A program made the position numbers and the translations under genes. The notes beneath the pieces were generated by a model. It did no database searches, was not told where the DNA came from, and was given only the letters and a program-made list of their open reading frames with translations. From Antedon mediterranea (lineage: Eukaryota > Animalia > Echinodermata): 64,000 bases of DNA. Within the stretch, counting starts at the first letter, position 1, and every line of letters starts with the position of its first letter. Positions 13,606-26,874 of the stretch are shown one piece after another. Where the stretch lies: the NCBI RefSeq assembly GCF_964355755.1, contig NC_092674.1:11222001-11286000 (forward strand). Reading direction: 5' to 3'.

Positions 13606-16512
13606 ATTTTAATGATTAAAGCACTTTATGTCCTATAGGTTTAATAAATAATAAAATTGCAGAATGACTTTCTATTGCTAAATTCTGAGTACCGTACGTT
13701 TAATACCTAAAATAGTTTTTAATAACTTTTTGCCAAATAAACTTTAATGAAATTATATTTTAGGAACCTATCTGATATATTTTAATTTGAATATATTATG
13801 TTACTTAGCAACACATGCCATTGCTAAGCAACATGTTAAATGCCAAGTTGCACATGTTATTGCTAGGCAACACATAGTTCATTTGGAATGTAGTACCAGT
13901 GATGATCTACATAAGATAATTGGAATAAAAGTTTACAATGCATTGATAATTTATTATCCAGTTCTTGAAAAATTGTTTAAGGAAACTATGTTGTTTACAG
14001 AATATTAACTTTCAGAAAATTTAAAATAAAATTAAATACAAATGTTGATAAGCAAAAAGTAAAGATGGGTTCACACGCACTAGAATAAATCATGAATAGA
14101 ACAGATTACAAATTATACAACTGATGTAAGTGTTCATGTGAACAGTTAACTCTCTCTATGTCATTAACTCTGATAGGTTTAAGAAGCATCCAATAACTCC
14201 AATAGAATTCAGAATGTAACATTAGACACAAGTGTTTGAACACAAAACTGCAAAGTAAATCCGATAGACCACAATTTAACTCTGATAGAGAAAATAGCGT
14301 CTAAACTTATAACTTGTTTTTAACGTCAATCCACACAAATTTATTTTTTATATTGATAAATATTTTAGAAGCAACCTCATTTTTAGTCTACCCCAGAGAC
14401 TATAATCTTCTAAACAATTGTCTTGTTTTTTGAGCTTGATAAATTTTTAATTTTTCTATACATATAAATCTCTAGTTCTTGTTTAATCTTTGGAGAATTT
14501 AAACAATCTGTAACAGACTAATGAAAGTATTAAATATCGTAATACTATCAACTTATTGCTACAGTTATACACCTTCTTCAATTTTATAATAACGAATTAT
14601 ATTCTGAACAAAATTGAAACAAAATCCACCTTTAATTTGAAGTAATCAGGCCATAAATTCTAACCCAAGAACAAGACTAGAAGAGTATAATGGCTGACTG
14701 TTGTTTCCAAGGATAATATGAAATTAATAACTTTTATTAGTAATAATATATATTAAAAGCTTGTATATTAACCTATAGGTGAACTTTACGATATTTAAGA
14801 GTTCTCCCATCGCTAATTTCTCTACCGAGAACACTCGTAATGTCTGTAGCTTTCAATTTATGGCTAGAAATCAATGTATAGCTCTCGCATGGCAGTTCTG
14901 CGACTTAAGCATGCCATTTAACTGTGTAAATCAGGTTATTTGAGATCGAATAGTTACATCTGTCGATGCCTCGTTTCCCGAACATTCCGTCTAATTTTTG
15001 TAATCACCTGTTACTTGATGTGTATGACAATGAAGTATCTTCGTTACAGACATTTTCTAATTTTCACTGCAACTACCAAGGTAAATCAAGGATAGCAATT
15101 TGTGACAAGCAAAATGGTACTCATCAGTTAACAAGTTAAATTTAGTAATTTGAGTTAGAATGGATAGATAGCTTTAAATGATACTGTCTGATCTAATTTC
15201 ATGCTAGAGGTATTAGTTAATCACAAGTTAAACATTCCAGTCAGTTACAAGAATTAAAATTAGGACATCTAAGGAAATGATTTTGAAATAAATGTTTTTA
15301 AAAATATATAGTATATAAAATATTTGTTTGTAGATTTACTTACATACATAATGATTTATATTCTTATGATAATTATTAAGACATCATAAAAAGAAAGGAT
15401 TTGAAATCAAATGTTCATCAAATTCATTCATATTAATATACATTTTTCTTTTAATATATTTATATGTATATTTAATATAGTTTTTTTTAGGTTTTACTTG
15501 TTCAGATTACTACCAAACTATGTTCAGTGTGAAATACCACGTACGATATTCAAAAAAATAGTTTATCTCAAAAAACATTCAATAATCAAAAACTATTAAA
15601 CTTTCATTCTCAAGCAAGATTAAATCTGATTATTAAATAATTCAATTTAAGTATGTATTTTTTATGGATGACTATCAACATTGAAATAATCGTTTTGACC
15701 TCTAGTGTGACATGAACGTTTCATTCAACGTTATGAACTATTTTGATTTCAATGTTGAGTTGGAATAAATGTTGGAAGAATGATGATATTGTTCAAAATT
15801 GAACAAAATAATTATTATATAAAACAAATACAATTATTTATAATTAAACTACTAAAATAGATATTATACATGATGATGACTATCACCCCTAATAATGAAT
15901 GGATTATTCCATCCTAAAAAATTAGTCTGGGGACAAAAATTCCCAGGTGTTAATAAAGAACAAAGGTTTATGTATTGACCTGCTGACCTATCACGTCCAC
16001 TGGTTATCCCGCAAATTAGCTAAAGATGTTCACTGTCCAATCACATTCATGTAAATGGACCTTCTGTATTACACTAGCTGTATTACACATTCTGTATATA
16101 AATACTTTAATGTGTTTCATTTTGAGACAACAGCCTATGGTATGAGAAGCAGATTTCAGACAGACACAAACCAAATAAACAAACCTTTACTAGTAGTATC
16201 AGTTTATTTAGGTCTAGCATTTAATTTTGATTAATTATAAAACACATTTAAAATAAAAATTTGACTATTCCTGAATTTAAATGCACAGGTATCTTGATAT
16301 TATAAACATATAGACATGTATTGTCCCAAAAAACATGAAATATAAGATGAATAAATAAAAATTTAATTAGGTTGAAATAGACAAAATAAATAAAAACAGA
16401 AACTCAATTACTTCCAGACAATGGGCTTTTGGTTAACTAATTGAACACAGCTATTTAGAATTTGGACAGGCATAATACTGCATCAACGATGCCAATGGAA
16501 ATTTATTTTATA

Positions 16513-16837
16513 TTTTTACTCGGGGTACCCGAGTCTAGGACTCTCTCATCTTCTCCTCCATCCGACACTATTGAGTAAAAAGTGCGATTTATAAAGTACA
16601 CTCCTCCCTTATTCGTTGTAGTATTGAGCTGGGATTTGGCATGAATATACTACAGGAACATGTCCCCCTTTTTAAATTTCAAACCGGATGCAGCCATATG
16701 ACATCTCGAAGATGGTACCGTATAGTCGTATTTGGTAGCAAGGTTATTGATGTGTATGTGACGTTACATCCGGTCTTATGACGTCATTACAGCTTCTTTT
16801 GCTGCTGTACCCCGAGTATCGCACATTCGTGCTTGTT
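16513..16837 (+). mobile_element. Helentron-associated non-autonomous element (HINE / DINE-1-like)
   Basis: T-run, 5' subTIR TACTCGGGGTAC (16517-28) overlapping a local palindrome, short CT-rich tract, exact 3' subTIR GTACCCCGAGTA (16807-18), terminal hairpin GCAC-ATTC-GTGC (16821-32), then TTGTT. Confidence 0.75.
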
Positions 16838-17669
16838 ATTTTATATATTTTCAAATTTGTCAATGTATGGTAAATAAAGGTTGAAATCAAATGTTAATTT
16901 AATAAAGATTTAGTACATTTAAAATAATGTGGTTAAATGTAGGCTCTACTGTACTGTAGATATAATATAATAAAAATATAAATATTGATATTTTACAACA
17001 ATTTAAATACCTGAATAAAAAAATTGAATAACAAATTATTTTTGCTATATATATATCATAAAGTACATGAAAAAGTGGCTTCAATGTACAGTATATTATT
17101 AAATAATAAGTATGATATAGTATAACATTTATAATTGATTTATTAAAAAAATTTTGTTTGTAATTTTCCTTATTAAATTTTACAATGTATGAAACATGAA
17201 TATGAGTTTTAGTGCCAAAAGTATATTCCATGCTTTTATATAAAAATACTATCTCTTTTGAGCAAGGCCTACTGTACATATAAATATAGGTAATAATGGA
17301 ACGTTTCTTAATCTACGATGACCTTTTCAACTTGTTAAATCCTGGTCATTTACTTAAGTCCCTGTGCCTTAACTTAAATCAATGACCTTTAAAAGTTTTA
17401 TCTTCGTTCATTGTTTGTATAAATGCAGTATTGTATTTAATTCTGTTTTATATAATTAATGTTAAAATAAACAATTAAATTGATATTTACATACAAACAA
17501 GAACTATAATTACAGTATCTTAAATCATAAAGTAAAATATCAATAATTACTTTTCAATATCGATCGATATTTAAAAAAGAAATCATGTTTATATTTATTT
17601 ATCAAAATATAAACTATTTATTTTTTAAAGAAATTAATCTCAATCAACAGCAAGTAACTGAATTATCAC

Positions 17670-17806
17670 TAAAGGTTTCCACTACAGTAGGACGCAACAT
17701 GTGAGATACAAGTAGATTGTCCAATCACAAGTTACTTATCATCCCAACTCTCACTTGTGATTGGTTAAATTAGTGTTGCGTGTACATCCTTGGGTTGCAT
17801 CACTAT
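17670..17806. mobile_element. Degenerate palindromic MITE (related copy ~45432-45533)
   Basis: Internal inverted pair CCAATCACAAG / CTTGTGATTGG plus GGACGCAAC / GTTGCGT; the 45.4-kb copy shares GACCAATCACAAG and GTTGCGTCCTAG. Confidence 0.55.
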
Positions 17807-19157
17807 CAAGCAGGTCGACTGATAAACTGTATCGTCATAGGTTATAAACTACAATATTGAAGCTTAGGGAGTGGAGTTGTACAACCCTGGCATTAGGGCA
17901 CAGCTATACTATAATATACAATATTTATATCATTTAAAAATAATTTTTAAAAAAGCCAATGCTGTGGGAATCTCAAATCTCAATGAAAATACTTAAAAAG
18001 CTAAAACGTAAAACAGCGAGAAAGAACACTTACTCTTCCTTTGCGCATTATTTATAATACAAAAAAAAAATTGTAAGAAACAATACATTTTAATTTGGAA
18101 TTATAAAAAACAAAACGAGGTTTAAAAAAAATCCCATAGAAAGAAAAAAACTAATTTCACACATGAGATAGCATATAAGATAGGTATTAAAATGTTAGGT
18201 TCTATATGATTCCATACTCCATCACTTAGCAACGTCTTATTATTACAATCATCCTTCACTTTATTTACAAATACACTTCTACTGACAAATAATTTGCCTA
18301 GAATTACAACCAATAGCATCTTAAGTGGTAATAATAATATAATTTAGCCCAAATGAATGATAATATGATTAGTGGTCTTATATAGGACGATTCTCGATTA
18401 ACTATTCATTTTTCTTGGTAAATTAAAATTCACTCTTAAGCAATATCCAATCAAAGGATTTAATCATGTTCACACCTCTACTGATCATGAGCAAGATTGG
18501 CTAAAGATACGACACTGTCTTATAATGGACAAAACATTTGACTTTAAAAATGTATTCTTATTCCTTGAATTTTAAATTTAATGTTTACAATATTGATGAT
18601 TTTAGCCTTTACTATTTCCTGATTATGAATCTAAAACTTGAAAATGAAAAATGTGAGAGTTTGTTTAGGCCTCCTAACTACTGTATATGCTTCGCTATCA
18701 AGGATAAAGCCAGGTACCAAAGACTAGATGGGCTGACCATCCATTATAAAGAACAATTCAGAATTACAATGAGAGTGAAAACTAGGGTAAGCATAATTTT
18801 CAATATAACAAGCACTGTTGAATGGATTGAGGTAGTGCTTTGCTCTGAAGGGTCTAACATGCCTATACATTATGTTAAATGTATAGATACATTGCAATAG
18901 TATATATTGCATAAGTATATTTCCAAAATCTCTTCCAAAAGGTTGCGGTTCGGTTACTGTATGTATGTATAACATATTGTATAAACATTTTATTATTTAT
19001 TTTTATTATGGTACGACAATGTCAATTAGTCTAACATTCATCTGAATGATGGATGAATTCCTAAGCGAGGGCTGTTTAAAACAATTTTTATCTTAAAAAT
19101 AGAAAATCATGAGTTTACAAATACACATGTTTTACAATTTATTGATTACTTAAAAAT

Positions 19158-19372
19158 AAATCAAAAGGCAAATAACTGAAAAAAATGACAATGCTGTGGG
19201 TATCAGTGGCTGGATTTCAATGGAGATACAAAAAAAAAAAAGCGAAAAGCTAAATCAAAGCAATAAAGTAAAACAGCCAGAAAAGTTAGCAGAGCTTTCG
19301 GGCAACACCAGCCCTTCATCAGTGCAAGTACTAAAACAAATCGAAAACACATCATGCGAAAAAAAGCTAAAA
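19158..19372 (-). mobile_element. Short hammerhead-bearing retroelement fragment (Penelope-like pLTR-type)
   Basis: ~150 bp highly similar to 38645-38805 and weakly to 17955-18030; contains the hammerhead below. Confidence 0.7.
19289..19325 (-). ncRNA. Minimal type I hammerhead ribozyme
   Basis: Minus strand GCA-CTGATGA-A-GGGC-TGGTGTT-GCCC-GAAA-GC-TC^-TGC: full core, 4-bp stem II, 3-bp stem I, palindromic AGCT in place of stem III. Confidence 0.85.
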
Positions 19373-22372
19373 TATAATCACATAATTTAAAAGTCTAAAA
19401 TCTAATGGCCTTGATTGTAATACCAATTTGAGAAATTAATCAATTCTACTTGGAAAATTAATTATTTCTAAACAAAAAAGCAATCATATTTATGCTACAT
19501 AATATGCGACTCTGAATGTAACTCCTCCGGGTGTACTTGAAATCTATTCAGTGTTTTACCTTTCTGCTATTCTGTATATTGAAACAATACTAATTTTGTA
19601 TTCAGCAACTCAGCCTAGACAACATAACTCTAAGATTAAAGAGAATACTAAAGTTTAACGATCCCAAATGAATGCCATTTTGAGCCATGCGTTCTTATTT
19701 AGCTCCAGCGTGAAACTGTGCAACAAAACTATATAATTATACTGACATTATTCATCTATTCCGTGAAATATTATTAGTAATAAAATTATGATTGTAACAT
19801 AAATAAAGTAGGCCAATAAAAAAATAACAATATTGATATAAAATGTTAATTAGTTAAATTTATTTTAGTCATTAATAATTCGTTTTCATGTTTATATGTG
19901 TAGTAATGTTTAGCATAGAATACTTCATTGAAATTTGTTTTTTTAACGTTTATTTATATACAATAAAACATGGATGGAAGTAATTTTGCAGAGGTTGGCA
20001 AGTACATCCACCCTCAAAGTCTTTCCCACCCAACCTAAATTACCATAATACCCACCTAACAATCCTCATGGGTACATAAAGGTAGGTCTACCATTTTATA
20101 TTTTTCCACCCACAATACCTTTATGACAAGTATCTACGGTATTCCTAGTATATTATTATTTTAGCTTACAAAAACTGTCTAATTCAAAATTTCAGACAAC
20201 AATTCATAATAAGCAGAAATATCATTTAGCCAAACTAAAACGATATTAAATTCATCCATTTTTTAATTAATTCTAATAATTTCTATTAAAGACTGTCAAA
20301 ATTACTTACTGCAAATTCATGAGTTAAGCTTTGAATTTAATCAGAAATTTCAGAAATGATTTAGAAAGACGATACCTAATAGAATTGGATGTGCCTATAG
20401 GATTTTTATAATACTTTATTTTTTCAGTATTTCAATCTTATAAAGTAATATTTAATCGTTTTCATTATCTAATTGGGGATATAGCTTCTGCTTTAAACTA
20501 AGGCAACTTAAAGAAATGAGGCAGACGAGAAGACCGAATGTTGAGTAGAACCGCGTTTGCATAGGTAATGTAGATGATTTAATTTAGGTGAAGAGGTATA
20601 GCAAAAGGCACAAAACTGAAGTTTTGACAGAATAGAGGGAACGAATAAACAGTACAGTATAACGGAAGCATGCAATTGGAACATTTCATACATACGCTGG
20701 CATTAAAGAATTAGCGCATTACTAGTAGGCCTGCTGGTCTTTACCTTGCAAAACATTACATTTCTAGGGGAAAAATTTAAGGAACTATAATATTGTTAAA
20801 TTTTAAAATAAATGAATAGCAATAAGATTGTATTTGAGTACAGCAAGACAAGTTGTGAGCATAGCCTGCCAACTGTTGCTGGGGCATTAGTGTAGAATCC
20901 AGATAATTAATAATGTAATATCAAACCTAATAGGAAGAAAAAAACAAACTTAACACATGCTTATTTTAATGAAAACAAACAAAACTTTATTGTTTGCATA
21001 GATGAATTGGTTAGAATGCAAAAATAAATTTGCCAGCAATTATAAATTAATCAATCATATCATTTGGACATATAATTGCATTCATAGTTACTGTTTAGTG
21101 ATCAGTGAGCGTATTGAATGCACCCATTGATTAGACACAAACAATAGCTCACGCCAAATATGCTACCTCTCCACAAAGACCAGGTGATGACACGGTCAGT
21201 GCAACAATGAATTCAAGGTGACAGACGCTATGAACGTGAAGTTTAACAACCGAGCTGGCGCGAGCACACATCTCACGCTACAGTTATTGACGTTTCTCAT
21301 ATACATATAATCTTATTACTAATTATCAACACGGTAGTGTAGTTTTAATCAGTCTTAAATTATTTTGAACGAAAAAATTGATTCACGATGGTTGTCTTGG
21401 AAACAAATATAAAAAATCCTAACAATAACCGGCAATTTTAATACATTTTCTGAAAAGATGATTGTTATATAATCAACAGGAAAAAAATGAATCATCAAAC
21501 AACATAAAGTAACTTATTATTATTAATACGATAAATTATGTATAATGTGCTATATCATATATAACCAAAATATTATTATTTCCATAATTAGTTTTTATCT
21601 TATCATTAATGGATAGGGATCACTCTAATTTATAATATTAAAAAAGTATGACAGAAAATAACACTGTGTTATGTTTTATTACAAAGCACACTATAGATAA
21701 GTAACAAAATAATCTCAGAAAAAAAAATCCTCAAAAAAATCTATCATATTAATGTTTACTCCAGCTTTTTCATTTATTTATGAAATATATCATCATAGCA
21801 TATTGTATTATAAAGCCAAAGGCAAAAAATATGACAGCAAAAATATAATTTAGAGTGTTTTTATTTTCTTAAAACAACAAGGATGGAACAATTTTATTTT
21901 ATTAGTAAATAAAATAGAGAATGTACTGTAGTATCGATGTGGTTTATAATAAATTGCTTATTGGTGAGGCTTCTAGACAAATGACCATTCAATTCATGCA
22001 TATATTGTATTCAACTATGATTATTGTATTATATTGGGGATATTTACTTCTATGGGTTTGTGGTTTGTGTCTTTTTTTTGTATAAATGTTATACTGTACA
22101 CATTTAAATTTTGAAAAATAAAAACAGCATTAATGAGTGACATTCAATGGGTAAATTTAAAGACATTGGTACTAGGAAGAACAACCTCAGAATAGTCCTA
22201 GAAATATGGATATAGTCTATATATAGATTGACATAGATTGATAGATTATATAAATTGGAGTGTGTTTTTTGTTTTGTTTGCTGTTGTTTTCAAAGCAAAT
22301 TTGCCACTCTTGATGTACCATAGTACCTATTTTTCCAAAAAATATTTAATTTGAAAGAGAAATATTGTTATA

Positions 22373-23181
22373 GGGCCTGTTTCTGCTGCAACTGCTCAAA
22401 ATACGGTATAAAAATACGGTATAAAATACGGTATTTTTTATACCGTATTTTTTAGTACCCCGTTTCTGCTAACAATACTTCTTGGGTGGTCGTGTTAAAT
22501 TTCATCTTTTTTACTCAAATTGCCATTCATTTATTTGATCGATAATTAAAAGTCGCAATAAAGGAAGTTTTACGTCTCACTTTCAACAGCCTAGCCCTAG
22601 TGATAGAGATGTTGTAAGAGCACAGAAAACATCGTAATGGGGACAATTAATTCGTTCCCTCCCCGAGTTATTGTATTTTGCAATGTTGTACTGCTTTCGC
22701 AGGCTCTTCAGCTTTGAGTTTACTTGCTTTGGAGACAAGTCTATTCCATACTCCTGCTTTATTTTTTTAGAAATGTCTTTATAAATGTGGTTGTCCCTTT
22801 TATTACCTTTTAGTTGGCCAGACATTTTAGCTTCCCCACACAAATTTATTTAGTAAAACTGTGACGTCTTCGCTCCACATTTTCGCCGAATATATATATA
22901 AACGTGACAGAAAATAACAATACGAATGTTGACCTTTTGTCATGTAAAAAAAAAATACGGTATTTTTTATTGGCAGCAGAAACGGGTACAAAAAATATGG
23001 TATAAATTTGTAAATACCGTATTTTATCCACAAATTTTGTGGGGAAAATACCGTATACTGTACAAAATACGGTATATTTTTTATGAGCGCAGTTTCTGCT
23101 GCCAAAAATATACCGTATATATACGGTATTCAAAAAATACCGTATAATATACGGTATTTAGTTGGCAGCAGAAACAGGGCC
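22373..23181 (-). mobile_element. Non-autonomous PIF/Harbinger-like DNA transposon (~809 bp)
   Basis: TIRs GGGCCTGTTTCTGCTGC / GCAGCAGAAACAGGGCC; 3-bp ATA on both sides (22370-72, 23182-84); many AATACGGTAT/ATACCGTATT subterminal repeats; internal Myb/SANT ORF. Confidence 0.88.
22583..22880 (-). pseudogene. Frameshifted Myb/SANT-like (trihelix, Myb_DNA-bind_4-type) DNA-binding ORF, Harbinger ORF2-like
   Basis: Removing one A near 22850 joins two ORFs into MWSEDVTVLLINLCGEAKMSGQLKGNKRDNHIYKDISKKIKQEYGIDLSPKQVNSKLKSLRKQYNIAKYNNSGRERINCPHYD..., matching the W..E...L..LW / K..I...I...G....Q...K...L...Y / SG..R..CP.Y pattern. Confidence 0.85.
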
Positions 23182-24332
23182 ATACATTATATACAAACTC
23201 TGTTTTCAATTCCTATCAGCACCAAATGTAACATGTTGTCCTTTTACTGTTCAAAGACAAATCGTTATGACTTTCTGAACGAGTCAGCTTTTTCTAATTA
23301 ATTAATTAATGATGATAATACATTCTAAATTTCTGAGAATTTGAAATGAGTAGGCCTGGCCAACTCTGGCGAATTCTGTGTGCGAAAATTCGATTGACGC
23401 ATGGCAAGGCCGTGCTATGTGTATACAAGCGAAAATAAATCTTCAAAATATAAGGGAAAATGTCATCTTTTTAATTGGTGTGGACTCTCTACAGTTGCCC
23501 CCCACCCCTATTTCAGAAAATTCTGGATCCGCCTGTGTGCTTAACCCTCTCTTCCATCTTCTGAGTGTGCTTATTATATCAGTGAACGCCTACACACATT
23601 CTTGAATCAGACAAAAAACATGAAGCTTTGTGAACACGTTCTGCATACTTTAACCAGATTAAACATGTTCTAATGTAATTTCCAGTGTCATTTGTGATAT
23701 TCCGTAGGTCAGGACCACAATTTTACAAATTGAGAGCACGACGTAATATAATCATTTAGTGCTCACCATTAGGTCTGTTTAACTTGTGAAATTAGATGAA
23801 TATGTGAATGTTGAACCACAACCATATTATTAGAAATTTCAAAGATAAAGAGACATGCTTTAGAATAATTTATTTAAGAATAATTTCTGATCTACGACAA
23901 TAAAATAGAAAGAAGTCTGCTCAGTATATACTAATATACTAATAATACTAACATCACAAAAACAATATAATGTTTATAAAAAATATATGTCCTCACGGTT
24001 AGAAATTATCAATCGAAATTGTCTGTCAGTCAAAATAACAGAAAAGACAGTGTAATTTATTTATTACTGCAAATTAAATGCACATAATTAATTAATTAAA
24101 TGTAAAGTGTTTTCATTATAACGTAAGTTTTTATAATACAATGATTTTAATTAATATTAATACTGCATGTAGTAAGAACCCCTTCTTACTCATTGGAAAC
24201 GCCTATTAAAGGAACACTATCCCAAACAAACCAAACAAGGGGAATTATAAATGATGGTTTTTATACTTGTTGGTAGTACTGTAGTCATGATTGAAAACAA
24301 TTTTTTACTATTCAAGATTTACTAGAAAATGG

Positions 24333-24369
24333 ACAAATATTTCGGTGATACCACAACCATCATCAGCGT
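24333..24369 (-). ncRNA. Second minimal hammerhead ribozyme (different family)
   Basis: Minus strand ACG-CTGATGA-T-GGT-TGTGGTATC-ACC-GAAA-TA-TT^-TGT: core intact, 3-bp stem II, weak stem I, palindromic ATAT. Confidence 0.65.
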
Positions 24370-26874
24370 TGTGACTCTTCTGGATATCGCCTATGGCATC
24401 CTTAATTTTGTCGGGGTATTCAGGACGGAGTTATAGATCCTAGTAAGTGTTGAATTGTTTTACAAATGTTTGTGTTTTAACACTACAGCCAACCCTATTG
24501 GGTAAGGGGACACTTTACGATGACCCAAACAAGCGGAAATATATCTTTTTTAATACTATGGCCAACCAATATTAAAGTGATACAGCTAGAGTATAATCGC
24601 AACACTCTGTTGGGTCCAAAAGTATCCCAATAATAAGAGTGCTACTGTAATATTATTAAGTAGTTTAACTAGTGATCAGTTATGTTATAGTTAAATTTTC
24701 ATATTTAGTGAAAAACAAATTTCTTAGTGCAGTCAGTTAAACCACTTAATGTATATTTACTATACACTTCCTTCCTCTTTATTGAAAATGTTTCTTTACA
24801 AATACTTTGATAAAAAAGATTGTATTGGTTTGTCTATTAAGGACTATGCCACCTGTTGTTAATGACTCCTTTAGTAAAATACCTGTATTAGTTACTTAAT
24901 GCAGGAAGTTTACACACTCAAGTCCTTCGCACTATACCTTGATTTGCCATTCCTAAACCGCACCTCACTTGAGGACTATCGTCAACGATTTTATTTATAG
25001 ATAACAGTGCCATTTATGGATTTGAAAAAAAAAGAGTACCGGTAGCACAAAAGAATTTTTTATGAATATTTTTGAGATTTTAAGTTAAAAATATCTACTT
25101 TGTAAATTCCACATAGTAGACCTCTGTACATTATCTGAAATACAGTATTATACTGAACTGTTCCAGTACTCTTTAGCCAGTCAAAAGAAAGAATAAAAAA
25201 ATAAATAAATCAACTGAATACTGAATAATAACCAAGACCAAGCAGAGAAGTTAATACAGTAGAAAATCCCCCAACGAAACCTATAGTTATAATCAGGCAA
25301 GAGTACAGTATACAGTATTTCAACAATGGAATTTACCTTGTTGACTGTCCAAATTTAGCCCAAAAGGGAAAATACTTGAACATGGGATTCAGTCAGTCGG
25401 TGTAATATTATACAAAATGTGAAATTTCTTGGAACTTAAAAAAAGAAAACACCTCATGTTAATTTTCCGTAACAGTGAATAAAATGAATTATTGATTGCA
25501 ATAAATGGAACATGTCTTGTGTTAGAAGAAATTACATATTCTTCTAAATAGCACTGAGTGTTTTACAAGGATTTCATTGTTCTGGGTACAGGTACACCCA
25601 CCTACAAAGTTCCCTACGTCAAGCTTAATTCGAGGCCTTCCACCTAGCAACAACACCACTCATCTAAAACCTGGATACTTTTTTACACCAACCTCCTAAA
25701 CTTGTTTGAGCACATATGACAATGACAACTTCTTTTATTTTCTTTGTAAATAAAGTAGATAAATAAACGACAAAATTAACATTTATAATTACAAAATTGA
25801 TTTAAACAAAGAAAAGGCCTACATCATACGTTTCCAGGCTAACCTGCCTGATAACCCCACGTTTAATAGTCTAATTGTTTATGTCAGGTGAATCCCACAT
25901 TACAAATAAACCAGTCTGAGTTTAACAGTTCAGTAAACTTTATTACTTGTTAATGTACTGTATGTAGGCACAAATATATGTTATCCACTGTATACAGGTA
26001 GTAACTATTGATTTAAAAGGTATATATTAAAGTATAGTAATACATACATTTCCCTCTTTGTTTTGTAGCCAGATGTTAATAGTGAGCGTTTGCATCGGGT
26101 AGATGACAATTAATTAAAGCGTGACACAAGCGACGACAGTCATCCCCCTCCTGACATAGTCCACAGACCCTATACACGTGGGCTTGGTGGGTGTATTTAA
26201 AAAGTGTTTGCGTTAGCCAGGCTAGGTCTTGTGAAAGTGAATTCACAGTCTACACAAACTATATAATATACATAAAATATGATGTTTAGTTACAATTAAA
26301 ATTGAAAAACGTAGGCCTTCCGTGTTTCTTTTTAACTGCCACTTTAAACAAAGTCAATATATTTCTAACTTATTAATCATTAAGTTATTATTAAGCTCAA
26401 CAACATGTACTTTCTTATTCAAAAAAACTCATTCTTTCAACCTTTTTCTTGTGTTAAATATATCATCTATCTGATAAATGAGACAATTTTTCTTCTAAAA
26501 ACATAAATAACTTGTGAATGCACTGTATTACAAAAGAAATTAGAAAAAAGACAAAGTAGTATAATTAATGAAACACATGTGCTGCAAAGTATGACTGCGA
26601 AATTGCAAAAATATTTCAATGTTCTATTTCCAAAATTAAATAGGTTTTTTCCTATAAAATCTATGCTAAATAAGAACTATTAATCACTACCTACATCCTC
26701 ACACTTCATCAAAATACATGAAACATGTCAGGCCAAAACCCAGTAAACCATAAAGAAAATGCTACAATAATTAACACACTAGCTAAACACTGCGCATTAG
26801 CAGTACGTAAAAACATACTTCCATAATATTGCAGCTACAGTAGTATAAAATAGCACAGCTTGTGTTTTTACATT

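Noticed and set aside
22846-23301. Tyr/Ile-rich ORFs (also 11402-11714 and 59726-60236)
   Set aside because: Translations of ATACCGTAT subterminal repeats of the Harbinger-like family.
23340-23536. GC-rich end TTCTGGATCCGCCTGTG (similar end at ~58890-58927)
   Set aside because: Probably hAT-like MITE ends, but I could not find the partner TIR or a TSD, so not called as a feature.
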